This document shows, piece after piece, positions 42,154-57,115 of a DNA stretch of 64,000 bases. Within the stretch, counting starts at the first letter, position 1, and each line of letters starts with the position of its first letter. The stretch lies in assembly GCA_904063045.1 (NCBI GenBank), contig CAJFCJ010000001.1:1612001-1676000 (forward strand), read 5' to 3'. The notes under the pieces are model-generated. The model saw only the letters and a list, made by a program, of their open reading frames with translations. It did not search any database and was not told the DNA's origin. A program made the translations under genes and the position numbers. This stretch comes from Dimorphilus gyrociliatus. Its lineage: Eukaryota > Animalia > Annelida.

Positions 42154-43353
42154 ATGCCAGCTGAGGTAAAAAAAATAGATGTATTTTTAGCTGCTAATGT
42201 CAGTGACGTAAATAATATAGCAATTTTATGCAGCTATGCAAAAAATCGGTAGATCAACAGAATATCGTACAATCTCATTTATTTATCAACAAAGTATCAT
42301 CAAATAAATTATCTTATTCTGTTCAACCTATTCAACCCGAAATAATTAGACTTTGTGGTTGCTTAGAACAATACCTTCCTGCCGATACCCTAAGTAATGC
42401 ATCGTCTAATTCGAAATTAACCTTGCTGTAAGTTCTTTTTAAAGTGTACTCATTTTTTTTCGTATAGCTAAGCAGGTTTTAGTTACGTTGGGAAATTCTC
42501 GTCAACATCCAATTTACTCCGTCCAAACGCCAAATCTATTAAGTAAGCATGTTAAAAGCAATAATCTTTCCATTTTATTGTTATTATTCAAATAGCGAAT
42601 CAGGATTTAATAGGCCTACTACAAGTTCTTATCAATACTGACAAATATGGAAAACCCTTGCCAAGAATTCTCTCAACAACAAATGGCAAATACTGTAGTA
42701 AATCTTCAGATATCAAAACACCGTTTAAAGCTGTTAAAAATTCTGAGTTGGATGGGATTAAGCAAAAATTCCTTCCCGAAGTAATATTTTCTTTAAAATA
42801 AATTAACTAAGTGGTTTTTTTCTCTTCCATTGTCTTCTTATTTTTAGAGAGGTCGTAGTCTTAATAAAAAAGTTTGTGTTCTTTTCCGTTGTTAGTATGA
42901 AATACATAATAAAATGAAGAACTTATACAAAATAGCCGTTGGAGATATTTCGATTGAAGATCGGACGTCGAACTACTAGTAAACTACGTAGATACTTCTA
43001 CAATGTTTGTAGTTACTGTTAGATCCTTAATCTTTTATACAAGTATTTCTCTTTATAACGAATAGGATTCGGATCACGAAAGATTTGTTCGAAAGGTTAG
43101 AATAAGATTGTTCGAGGAGACCCCTATTCCAATGAAATTGATGTTGTACGAAAATGCAGTACCAATTGTAGAAAAAGCGTATAAAAGTAAAAATTAAATT
43201 CTCAAAGGCGTCTTTAACATTTTAATAATTAACCTAACTTGTAAATTTACAGGTTACGCTCAAATTTTGGGCTCGAACCATCCAATAACTCGCGAGGCCA
43301 AAATGCATTTACAACTAATAAAGAAAACAAAAAATATCCTCGCATCCTTGTGA
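42154..43353 (+). CDS. Probable unassigned multi-exon gene ending in a TPR-like helix pair; exon phases not fully resolved
   Basis: Several splice-site-bounded open blocks, including a 62-codon block NQDLIG...KFLPE|gt and a final EKAYK|SYAQILGSNHPITREAK...LASL*. One junction (exon 2/3) could not be phased. Confidence 0.4.
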
Positions 43354-43387
43354 AACTTAACAAAAAAATTTTAAAGTTTAATTGAAT

Positions 43388-45864
43388 TTACACTGGGACA
43401 GAACGTCTCCTTTTTACGTCTCCATTCTTTTTCTTTAAAATTCCTTGGGATGGTACAGTAGATGGGTTAAAACAGTCGTCAGTAGATTTTGTTCTAGCTC
43501 TCAGAGACTTCATGTATGATTTATGGTCTATAAATATGTATAAATTTTTAAACCTAAAATGATTAAAGTATCACGTTTTCTTTTTATACTATACCTTGAG
43601 CTTTGTTATCCTTTAAGGCAAATTGTACTTTTCGTTTTGAATTTTCGTTAGCCGATGGTGAATCCTCCTTTCAAAAACGAAACAAACATATTTAGAAATT
43701 TTGTTATGATAAAGGTAAACTCGTGCCTACTTCTATGGCGGGCTTTTTTCTTTTTGGCGTTAACTTGGCTCTTTTAGCACAATTATTCAAAAAAGTGCTC
43801 TGTAGTAAGTTCATTGAAGTCTTTTTCAAATTTGACTTTTTAGCTTTCACAGGAGATGTCGTTGTAGTTGGTTCCTTTAAAAAAGAAATATTTTTACTTT
43901 TATTTTTTATTCATAATATCCTCTTGATTATCATCAATACGAGACTACCTCTTGTTTTTCTTTTTCTAATTTTTTTTTCTTTGAAGAAATTTTTGCTTTT
44001 TTCACAACTTTAGTAGGGTTGGGAACTTCTAATGTTTCAGATGCAACTCTCTTCTTTGCTTTAGATTTCTTTACGGCACTCTATTGATTACACTCTTCAT
44101 TTAATGATTAAACTACAAATATTAATTATAAAAACCTTTTCAGGTTTTTCAGCTTTCATAACTTTTTCGACTTTTGCAACCTTCTGAACCTTTGGAACTT
44201 TCTGAACTTTTTGAAGTTTCTGAATTTTCTGCTTTTTCCTCTTTTTGGAATCCTTTTTCAGAACTTTTTTTTCGAATTTCTAAAAAGTTATTTTATGAGG
44301 CTATATATTAATTGTATTTCGCTTTTTAATACCTGTAAACGATGAAGAGCGATCTCTTCCTCCAATCTAATATCATAATTAAAGCTGGTCTCACTATGAT
44401 CTCTAGCAAGATCATTAGGAAGCTCTCCTTCAGATATGGATTTAAATCTACAATATTAAATTTAATATTTCTGTTTAGTAAAGCAAAAATTAGTTACCTT
44501 TTATACAGCCTGAAAACAGCGTGAAATGTTACACTATAAGTGGTCTTAGCAAAGACATTCTCCTTTAAAGCAGATGCTAAAAATTGTAGATCATAATCTA
44601 ACGGTTCTACCATAAGCACATTGTCTTTCTTTCCTTTAGGATCTTCTCCGTTCTCATTATTATTATTATTATCACCGTCACCTATATTATCGTCTTCATC
44701 TTCGTCTTCTTCCATATCTACTCCATTTTTATCTATTTCGTCATCAGATTCTTCACAGTCTTCTTCATGTTTACTCTCATTATGTTGATCAAGTATCTCA
44801 GAAAGTTCTAAAACTTGTTTCGTTACTCTGTCGAATATTTTCTCTTTAACTTCTTTAAACAATAACTTGCTGAAAATTATGTAAATAAATTAAGTTGAGT
44901 GATGCTGTGAAAATTAATTAACTTACTTTCGAACAACTGGAAGATATTTACAAAAGGGATGAAGGAAAATATTTACAAGTTCACGAGGAATCTACAACAA
45001 TTATTTTAAAATAAATAATAAAAATAAAGAAAATAAATAATAAAAAATTCTTTTAGTAACTAACCAGAGAATCTTCTGTTTGAACGCCTTCGAGCTCATC
45101 AGTGAAGATATCAATAAAATGAAGCAATAATTCATCAGATATATTAGAATTATCAGCAGTTAAAAATTGCCTTTCGTATGTTTGTGCAAACTGAAAAACA
45201 TTTATGTGGAAATAGTATCATATGAAATTTTTATTCTTATACCCCTTCAACAAGATCTCTATCCCAATTTCTATCTCTTAAAAGTTCCAAGGAACCACGG
45301 AAAACTCTTCTAAAAAGCTATAAGTAAAAGACATTAAGATTGTATTAATTTCAATAAATACTATTACCATCATAAATTTATCAACTCTCCAGCGATCTAG
45401 ATTAAACCATTCTCTATTTTCTGTTTCAAAAAACATTTCTATAAATGACAGCAGACTGTCTTTGTCCTTAAAGCAAGTTAAAAGTGAAGCCAATACATCA
45501 GCCAATTTTTCCTGAAACAAAAACCAGTGTAAATTTTGAAAAACTCGCAAATAAAAATCATCAAACCTGTACAACAGGTTTGTCACACATCCACATGGAA
45601 TAGTGTAGTCCTGCCCAGAAAGCCAACATATCCGTTTTGGAAAATTCTAAAATCGTTGGTTTGAAAATTAATAAATATCCATTATCGCTCATATAAATTC
45701 TTAGAAATAAGCTTACCCAAACCATTTTTTTGACGTTTTTCTATTAAAAGTCTTAATTTCGCAATAGCTCTATCTCTATGAGTTTTGTCATTCCCAGCTA
45801 ATTTTTGAGATAGTACTTTGGTAGCTTCGTTTAAATCTCTCACGCTTTCTCCGGAGTCAGCCAT
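43388..45864 (-). CDS. RRP1: Ribosomal RNA processing protein 1 (NOP52) homolog, multi-exon
   Basis: LSQKLAGNDKTHRDRAIAKLR, FWAGLHYSMWMCDKP, ETENREWFNLDRWRVDKFMM, acidic middle segment and Lys-rich nucleolar tail. Confidence 0.9.
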
Positions 45865-46174
45865 TCCGATTATCGAAAGGCATTCATAGTCCGAAAAATA
45901 CGCAATGTCCAGAACACTGAACCGCATTATGCTAATGAGCTAAGGTCAAAGGTGATCGTATATTTAAAAATGGCCGATAGCGAAGGTAAAGATCAATAAA
46001 TTTTCCTTTATTGCGATCATAACTGTTCGAAAATATGTTTAAAAATGACGGAATCATATCATACATTAAGTGTACCGTACGATTCAAAAAGAGAAACATT
46101 ACTATATATTTCTCTCGAAAAAATTACGTAATATCTTCTCTGTTGTCTCAATACACTCATTATTATTTATAGGA

Positions 46175-48281
46175 ATGGCCGTAGAGCGACTGGACAGGGG
46201 TGTTGTTTCGTTACCGGAATTCTATAGACTTGCTAATTCACGTTATATTTCTGGAGCAGAGGATAATCACTTGCTTTTGGGATCTTATTCAGGTAAGCTC
46301 ACTTTTAAATTCCAACTTTAGGAAGTTTAAAATCACTATCGCATCTCGTTTAGCTGGAGCATCCTCTATTCAAATCGAGCCTGGATCGATCCAGTCAACT
46401 GATTGTATCCACTCGTTTCCAGATTATTCCAAAACATTATTAGAAACTCTGAATTGGCAAAGATCATATAAATATTACACGGATATTACAGTTCGTGTCC
46501 AGCAGTGTGATTTTCCCGCTCATAGATGTATACTTTTGACTTTGGGGAAAAAGATGCAATATCTGGTTTTTAACAATGTCGATCATGAAGGAATCCTTGT
46601 ACTGGACAAATTGTCAGTAGTTGGATTTAGAAATATTTTAGAGTTTGTTTATACTGGCATTTTAAGATTTCATGCTAGCACAGTTTCTGAAACATTAAGT
46701 GCAGCTCAGTTTTTAGAAGTACAGGATGTTGAAAGGATATGCTTATCAATTCTCAAAGCCCAAATTCAAGAAAGTCTCTCTACGGCACCTGCTGAATCTG
46801 GTTTGGCAGAACAACCAAGCGTTGTTGGTCAACCTAATTCTGTCGACACATCCTATTTAGAGGATTATTTAAAGATTTTAGAACATTTTCATCATCCACC
46901 TCATGAATCCCGTTTTAGTAATCATGAAAACGCCTTATCCACTGATACTGACATCACAACTGATGCAGCATGCGTTCCAATCACTCCTCCTCATTCTTCC
47001 GTCCACATTCAACCGATCTCACCCGTTCTACCAGACGAAAATTTACCAAGAGACATGTCTTCCGATACATACAATAAAGAAGTATTTATTTACATTGGAA
47101 GACGTTTCTTGTTATTAATCATATTTTTCAATTTTTAGCCAACGAATTTGTTGATGAGTATTATACACGCCAACGAACAAAATCAAGAAAAGTCTCCAAT
47201 GACTGAAACGTTATCGCTTCCTTGTGTAGATGATGAAGAATCTCCTGATAGTTCCAAATTGGAAGATACTTTTCAACATCTCAGTAATTCTCTTCCGAAT
47301 GCTTCGTCCTCATTATCATCTTTGTCAGAAACTGATAAAACTCCACCAAAATTTTCGGACTATGATGAAGATAGCGGTGGGCGCCGTAAGAAAACTCGTC
47401 CTATGAAAATGAAAGGTGGTTTATCGTGTTCAGCGGCCTTGCCTCCTCCAAAGAAAAGAAAGTTAACCATGATCAGTGACGTTGAAAATGATGAGCTCAC
47501 TCAACAAAAAGAAGAATCGAAAATCGAGTCAACATCGTCAAAGAATATTAGACATACTTGTCAAGAATGCGGAAGAAGCTTTTCAAAGGATATTATTTTG
47601 CGAAAACATATGAAATTACACGAAGAGACATCAGTTACTTATGCTTGCCACGTTTGTACAGCGAAATTTTCCAGATCAGCCGAGTTAACGAGGCATTTAA
47701 GAACAGAACACTCAAATGACAATTGGATTTGTAAGCTATGCGAACCCCCAGATAATTTTGGCAAAGACGCAGGAGCATATCGTATTCACATGGATAGAGA
47801 ACATTCAGTCAAAAAACCCTTTGCATGCCAACACCCTGGATGCTCTTTCAGAGCAAACAAACCATCGACATTAGACAAACATACTGTAATCCACACCTCA
47901 GAAAAAAGTTTTACGTGCTCCAATTGTCATGCCGCCTTCTCCCAGCCTAACGGTCTAAGATCTCATATGAAAAGTTGTTTAGATAAAAGGTCCTATTTGT
48001 GCGATTATTGTGGCAATGCTTTTAATCATTCGCAAAGTTTAAAAGTACACCGCCTCCTCCATACTGGTGTTAAGCCTCATACTTGTCAAGCGTGTGGTGC
48101 AAAATTTGCGGATATCCGAAATTTGAGACGACATCGCCGGATACATGATAATACATTTCCATACTCATGCCAAATATGCAAAAAGAATTTTCGACATTCA
48201 AATAGCTTAAAGACTCATATGAATACCCACTCTACTTTAACAAATAACAATATTGCGTCAGCAAGTTTAATATCTTCTTAG
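46175..48281 (+). CDS. BTB/POZ plus 8 zinc-finger (7 C2H2, 1 C2HC) transcription factor, 3 exons
   Basis: BTB YTDITVRVQQCDFPAHRCIL...ILEFVYTG; C-terminal array with HTGVKPHTC linker. Introns about 46292-46352 and 47084-47138. Head-to-head with RRP1 (about 310 bp between ATGs). Confidence 0.9.
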
Positions 48282-48534
48282 GTGCTTATTTTTTGTTAAG
48301 ATATTTATCATTTAAAAAATAAAAATTTGTATTTATATCATTTTTTTGTCTTTTTTGATTGGCATTCTAGTTTCAAAAAAAAAAAAAATATGTACATAAA
48401 CATTTGAAGAAAGACGAGTATTTATAAGAACGTGAAACCCTTAAAAAAGTTAAAAACAGAACATTCTTAATTGAATAAGTTCGTTGGAAATATTATTCCT
48501 CTTTGAGCACAGAAAAGTAAAATTTCATCTATTA

Positions 48535-50229
48535 TTACTTTCTCTCCCTTGCGTTAGCTTTTGATTGAGTGTTTTTTTCGTGTTCGAATAATAACATGGC
48601 CAACTGTTGTCGATTAGCTAGTCCCTCTAATTTACTTTTCATACAACGTTCATAGGGTGTCGCTGCTGTGTCGTTTTGACCTCTCTTTGTTTGCCGCCTA
48701 TTCTCACATTTCAATTCTTTCCAATGTTGCCTTAGGGAGGGCTCCACTGCTCGGAAGACGTGTAACTTTTCTCCCCCATATTTAACAAATAGCTCAAAGA
48801 GATCTGTAGTTGATTTTACACTTTTTGGTGATGCAGAACGGGCTGCTTGATAATCAGCAGCATAAAACGATGAGTGCTCAAAAGCGCTCTCATCGAAGTG
48901 ACCCACGTTCTTAAGAATTTCTATATGGGTAGGATATGGTCGGGATTCGTAAATTAAATTCGGCTTATATTCATAAAATGCAATAGGAAAGAAAACCTGT
49001 TGATTGACTATAGTATTCATTCTAACGCGATTAAGTAGTTCAGAGGATAATTCCATTCCAACTGAGCATAACATAATTAAGGCATTGGACGGCAACGTAG
49101 ATGTCATAGAATCTATCAACATAAGGTCAAATCCATCTTGACCTGGTTGAAGTTTTGCCTTTTCTAATGATGTCCAAGTCATTCTAGCTCCTTTGGTGTA
49201 CTTTGATTCATAATAGGTCATCATACTCTTCAAGATTGCAAAGTGGTTCTCATCTGAGCTTTCTTTATAGATGAAAACTATTATTAAATTAGAATTATCG
49301 TTCGTATCAAGGCACGCTCTGGAATAATAATCAAGAAATTGGACAACAGCTTCTCTATCGGAGGCGGTCACGGGAAGAATTAGATAAACTTTGGCTTCTT
49401 CTGTTACATAGGCCATTGGGACAAGCTCAACTACGGATAACGGTCGAAGTAGTTGTACTCTTTTTAAATCTTCTTCATTATCCTCCTCGTTAAAAACTTT
49501 AATATCCAAAAGATATTCCATACCTCGAGCGGGATCAAATCTTCTATAGCCATTTTCTAAACCTTTGTATTTTAATCTTGAATAAGTCTCCTTTAATTTC
49601 CTAATAGAATGATCAATGACTTCATCGACATCATCTTTATCAACCCCAGTTAAAGGGCGAACGGTTGTAAAGTCCGTATCGAAATAGATATGCGTTTCAG
49701 TAAAGTAATCCCAACGAATAATATCAAACCGATTTTTGGCTTTGGAAGGAGCTGGAATACCTATTGGCCAAGTTAAACCAGCTTCTCCTTCAGGTGTCAA
49801 TGGAGCTATTCGAACCATTTCATCTTGAACAGCTCTAAGTTCCTTTTGGGTGAGTTCTAAATCAATTTTTAACCAATGCTTATGAGTTCGTAGCATTTCA
49901 TCCGCCGATTTCATTCGAGGTATACTAACAGTATCGTTGGATGGAGATAAAGCGTATATAAGTTCATTATACGAGTTTGTACAAGATATTTTTGGTATAG
50001 AATGTACAACGCATTGTCCTAAAGCTTCACTTTCCGTTGACGAAATTGCATTTTTTAAGCACCAGTCAAAGTTCGGTTGAATCTTTACCAATAAAGCCTA
50101 TAAAAATAACTAGTATTAATAAATGAAAAAATAGATGAACACTAAGTGCTTTGTTCAAGTGTAATCAAATTTTAGTGAGAGATTAGATAAACAAAAGTTT
50201 TAGAGATCTTGCTAAAATCTTATCGATTA

Positions 50230-50265
<36 letters not shown>

Positions 50266-51084
50266 CATTTATAATATTCTCTTACAGTTTAAGTAAACGA
50301 TAAAGAATTTTTTTTGTAAAATGTTATTCTATTACATAGTTATTATTGTTCCTGATTATTTGAATTACTATTTAAAACTAACTAAATGTATATAAAAAAA
50401 GATATAATAATCAATTTAAACAGCTGTTACCTGAGCAATTAGCACTCCATAATCGAAGTCGCACACTCTTCCCTGTTGGACTCCCATGTAGATTTGATAA
50501 CTAATGCTCATATGAGTGGCTAAATACATTAGCCTTTCTCCTCTAACATATGTATTGTCTTTTACCAAATAGAACCAATCGTACTTGTCACCATATTTCT
50601 CTGCTATAAATTTTAAGACCATTAAAACGTATTCGGCATCGTTTGAAGCGTCGATTGATACAACATTCTTCTGCCAGTCAGCCACCTTCTTTCGTCGAAA
50701 AAATATCATCTTTGTTGGATGTTGTTTAAAAGTCGTATTAAATACAGGAGCCATTTCATCCCATGTCGATTCTGAGGTTATGACAGCTGCTAAAAGTTTT
50801 TCTTTTATCCCCAGCTCAGTGGCAGCGTATTTTGGTCGAGTACGTTTTTTCTTCGGCTCAATGGGGACCGGATTTGGTAAAGACTTTTTTATCTCTTCCT
50901 CGGCGTTTAACCGAAATTTGTTATTAATTAGGTGACTTTCAAATGAATTGTGATTCAATTCATCGGAACATGGCTCTTCCAGGAAAGGGGCAAAAATTAG
51001 TGATAAAGCTATTCCAGTACAAAGGCCGATTAACGTCGGAATTAGAGAACGAGAATAACTCCATAGTTTACGAGTCATGGCCAT
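48535..51084 (-). CDS. CHPF: Chondroitin polymerizing factor / chondroitin sulfate synthase 2, 2 exons
   Basis: N-terminal TM anchor, KYAATELGIKEKLLAAVITS, YDWFYLVKDNTYV, RFDIIRWDYFT, RRFDPARGMEYLLD, NRVRMNTIVNQQVFFPI and HVFRAVEPSL. Intron about 50098-50430. Confidence 0.9.
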
Positions 51085-51809
51085 TTAACAGTAAAATAGT
51101 AATCCAAAAATTGACTCTCCTGGAATCGAGATATACGGTAAGCGAAAGCACGAAATGAACGCTTGTTTATAAGCAAGTGGAAATAACACGCAGTCAGTCG
51201 AATACTTCCGCTTGACTGAGAGCGCCATCTGTAATTTCCTTAGGCCTATACACATTTACAAAGTATAACTTCACTATAATCAGTAAAAGTCAGTATAAAA
51301 AGTGGAGGATTGTCTTTTTTTCGTCAGCAGTATTGAAACATAAATAAACACGAAAATTTTAATATAAAAAAATTACTACTGATGATTGAAATATCAAAAA
51401 AAAGATATATATATAGAGAACGAAAGAAGACAAATATAAGAAGACTATCTTTATTTAGTCAAATATCATTATCATTGTAACATTTTTCTTTTGCTCAATA
51501 AGGTTTACGCCTTCCTTATAATGAATAAGAGTGAAATCTACTGCCTAATGTTATACTGCTACTTCATATTCGTATTTAAATTTATAAATGACTGGATTTT
51601 AGCATAGTTTCAAATGGAGAAATATTCTTTTATTTGTCAATCTTTTCTGATAAAGATTTCAATAATACAGATGTTTTTTTCTTTTATCTGTTTAGAATTT
51701 CAGCCAACCCATCCCCCCACCCCTTTTTAATAAACATGTATATATTTTTATATTTAAGTTGTTGTTTTGATTATAATGTATAATCAATCAAACAATAACA
51801 TTTCATATA

Positions 51810-52880
51810 TTATACTTCTAAACCGTCTAATGGGCAATTTTTACCACAGTTTAATAACCACTGAGATATGCAATTGTCATGAAATACATGTTCGCATGGT
51901 AACTTCTTACAGGTTTGACCTATTTCATAAACTTCCATACAAATTGTACATTGTTGATTCTTTAACATTTCTTCTGATACTATTATTGTGTTGAAAGATT
52001 TGACTGTTGCATTATCAACAGTTTTAGGTGCAACTGTTTCATCTAAACGCAACAATACATCATAATCTTCTGGTCTTATATCACGGTTTTGCAATTCCAT
52101 TAATAAATTAACTAATTCAATATCTAAATCATTAGCGGCATTTCTTTGAGACGTTATTGCATGCTTTCTTTCATAAGAAGCATTTTTTGAGGATTTACTA
52201 TAGCTCGTATTGGAAATAAGTGGTTCAGAGCTTTCAAGTCTTTCTTGAAACTTTGACAAGGCGACTCTCTTTCTTTCTTTAGATGATAATTTGTCCGAGT
52301 TGTTGACTATTGCTCCAGATCCTCGAGTTAGGCCTCTACGTTGGAATATCTTATAGACACGACTTTTCATAAACAGTTCTTTTTGTAAACCACCATTGGT
52401 TACATTTTGACAATATTTTGTCTTAACTTGATGATATGCTTTAAGAATTTTTCGTTTCTTTGTTCTTCTTGTGCCATTGATCACTAATGTATTTTCTACG
52501 ATACTTTCAATAGTTACCAACTGAGTTAGACGCGAGAAGCCACTCTCTGTACTTTTACATAGTGATTTTTCAGGAAGAGATTCACTTACTAGTCCTAGGC
52601 CATTATTAAATATTTCATAATCGTTTATCATTTCTTCAGTCCAGTCCTGCGTACCATTGTCACGAGGAGGTAAACTAAAATTAACAATTTCTGTACATTT
52701 GCGCCATTTTAATTTCTTTTTTAAACGCTTTTCTTTCTTATCTTTCAATTTAGTATGATTATCTTCTGATAGATCATCTTTCTGCATGTTGTTTTCTATT
52801 TTACTTTCTATGACAGATGGATAGCTCCAAATTGTTCCTGGAGTTACTGGGGTTATTGGACTGGCGTAATCTGTCCCCAT
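51810..52880 (-). CDS. Intronless 356-aa RING-H2 E3 ligase-like protein
   Basis: LQNRDIRPEDYDVLLRLDE followed by CTICMEVY...LPCEHVFHDNCISQWL...CPLDG. An in-frame stop upstream supports the ATG at 52880. Confidence 0.8.
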   Translation of the reverse strand: MGTDYASPITPVTPGTIWSYPSVIESKIENNMQKDDLSEDNHTKLKDKKEKRLKKKLKWRKCTEIVNFSLPPRDNGTQDWTEEMINDYEIFNNGLGLVSESLPEKSLCKSTESGFSRLTQLVTIESIVENTLVINGTRRTKKRKILKAYHQVKTKYCQNVTNGGLQKELFMKSRVYKIFQRRGLTRGSGAIVNNSDKLSSKERKRVALSKFQERLESSEPLISNTSYSKSSKNASYERKHAITSQRNAANDLDIELVNLLMELQNRDIRPEDYDVLLRLDETVAPKTVDNATVKSFNTIIVSEEMLKNQQCTICMEVYEIGQTCKKLPCEHVFHDNCISQWLLNCGKNCPLDGLEV

Positions 52881-52998
52881 GACGATCGCAGGATATCGCC
52901 GCTTCGACTCTGTTCACTCCTCAGTAGAACTGTTCGACAATCACCTGCTATACTAAAGCGATTTACATTAATCACCTTTATTTTTATATAATTTTGAC

Positions 52999-53030
52999 TT
53001 GCGCAATCAAGCGAAATCACATTGCGCAAT
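52999..53030. promoter_or_regulatory. Two C/EBP-type palindromes (TTGCGCAA) in the RING/RBKS bidirectional promoter
   Basis: ttgcgcaat at 52999 and attgcgcaat at 53021, within a 262-bp head-to-head gap. Confidence 0.4.
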
Positions 53031-53142
53031 CCAGACGGTGGTTACTTCAATAATTTTTTATATGATATTTAGAGAGTGCATGTGTAACCCGATTAGTTAG
53101 TAGTGTGGCGTGATAGGCCGAACTAAGAAAAATTATTTACAG

Positions 53143-55374
<2,232 letters not shown>

Positions 55375-55394
55375 ATTTACACAATATTAAAATT

Positions 55395-55828
55395 TTATGC
55401 TTTAGTCTTTTCCTTAATTTCTGCTTCTAAATTTGTTCCTTCTGACAAAATTTTAGCTTGAAGAGCTTTTTTCATAAGAGCTTCATCTTGTAATTTTTTG
55501 GTGAATTTATATCGACAATAAGAATAGAAGCCAAGTGTCACTAGAGCATACGAGCCTACTCCGATATTACAGGATTTCTTCACGTTACCTTTAATAAAGT
55601 TAGATAAATTCTATTCTTCGACAGTATTAAAATACCTACTCGAGTAAAAGAAATATCCAAAACCTGTGGTTATTCCACCTAATATTCCAGATGTAAATGC
55701 TTGCTTAAAGCAGGGAATCTTCGATATATCTTTTCCCAGAAAAATAAAGCCGGACTGAGAACGATAATATACCAATAAGTAAATATTTTAGTAATCTATC
55801 AACTAACCGACTCTTCTTCTTGACTCAT
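55395..55828 (-). CDS. COX20: Cytochrome c oxidase assembly protein COX20 (FAM36A), 3 exons
   Basis: ISKIPCFKQAFTSGILGG...FFYS|SNVKKSCNIGVGSYALVTLGFYSYCRY...KILSEGT matches the family. The exon 1 donor position is less certain. Confidence 0.85.
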
Positions 55829-56128
55829 TTTCAAGTTTATGACAGAAAAATTTGATAAAATCCTCGTACAATTTCACTTTTCTAATTAGACTTTTATCTG
55901 AGAGAAACTTGAATAACAGAAGCCAAGGGTGTTTTGGCAAAAGATACTTCTGAAATTTAAGGAAAACTGGTATTGTATTTACAAAAAATAGATTTTGTAC
56001 AAAGTTTTTTGGTTGATATTTCTTTTTTTTTTTGAAAAATTCAATTAATATCGATGAACAAATGAAACAACAATATCAACAACATTATTAAGAAACGAAT
56101 TGACAGATCATTCATTGTTAATCATATA

Positions 56129-57115
56129 TTAACCCAAGTTGGAATTAGGAACAACACTATGCGACATGATAGGATATGATAGTAATGGTGTACTCAAAGA
56201 TGTGCTTATAGAGGGTCCAGGTGGTCCTGCTATAGCAGGAGGTGGCGCTTCAAGAGGAGGCCTTGGTGGTAAAACTGTTGCGTGACTTAAAGGAGGTGGT
56301 GCTGCTGGAGGCGCTGTTTGAACAAGCGTTGGCTGAGCAGCTGCAGCTCTTAGGATGGCAGGAGCTGGAGTAACTGTTGGGGTCAATACTTGACTTACAC
56401 TAACAACAGGTGGAGCTAGGGCCCTCGTTGGAGATACTACAGTCTGTATGCAAGTTTGTACGGTTGGTGGTTGAGCTTTCATGGTATTTGCCAAACCAGC
56501 TTGAGCAGTTCTATAGCGAGCATTTTGATCCAGCAGAAGATCATTCACGGCCGTTAAATCTGACACTTGTTTTTTTAATTCTGATACTCTACGACGCAAA
56601 AGCATATTTTCTTCTTCTAAGCTTGCTCGCCACTCGGCATCTACTTCGAGTCGACGTCTCTTTGCTGCTTGCAAATCATCTTCTAAAAAGTCCAAGGCAA
56701 TCAAAGACTGATTTTTATTTATTTCTGATTCATATTCATTGACTGTTAAATGACGGAATTTACATCTGGATGCTCTATGACACTCTCCCTTTAGATAATC
56801 TTTGCAAATTGGAGGAGAGCCGGGGGGAGAGTTGATGTGTGCAGGCAATTTCCCTGTAATCTTAAATTTTTCCTCCTCTTCTCTCGAACAGTGCAAAAAC
56901 CTACACGAGCTTCTTCGACAGATTCCTATATTCTGAAAATCATGACAAAATTGCACTTCTCTTCCGTCCATTTTCCCTGCTTCATTGTCTATTCCATTCA
57001 AATGTCGAAATTTGCATTTCGAACCTCTTCTACACACATTTCGAAGATAATCCCTACATATGTCATCGTTACATGAGTTTGAGGATTCACACAGTTTTGA
57101 AGAGTCAACATTCAT
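56129..57115 (-). CDS. ZC3H10: CCCH zinc finger protein 10, intronless
   Basis: Three CCCH fingers (ICRDYLRNVCRRGSKCKFRH, FCHDFQNIGICRRSSCRFLH, ICKDYLKGECHRASRCKFRH), coiled coil LEEENMLLRRRVSELKKQVSDL and a Pro-rich tail. Confidence 0.9.
   Translation of the reverse strand: MNVDSSKLCESSNSCNDDICRDYLRNVCRRGSKCKFRHLNGIDNEAGKMDGREVQFCHDFQNIGICRRSSCRFLHCSREEEEKFKITGKLPAHINSPPGSPPICKDYLKGECHRASRCKFRHLTVNEYESEINKNQSLIALDFLEDDLQAAKRRRLEVDAEWRASLEEENMLLRRRVSELKKQVSDLTAVNDLLLDQNARYRTAQAGLANTMKAQPPTVQTCIQTVVSPTRALAPPVVSVSQVLTPTVTPAPAILRAAAAQPTLVQTAPPAAPPPLSHATVLPPRPPLEAPPPAIAGPPGPSISTSLSTPLLSYPIMSHSVVPNSNLG

Noticed and set aside
1-51084. GAE-like, MPDU1 and CHPF as a possible glycan biosynthetic cluster
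   Set aside because: Different pathways, with CHPF about 45 kb away and no shared organisation visible.
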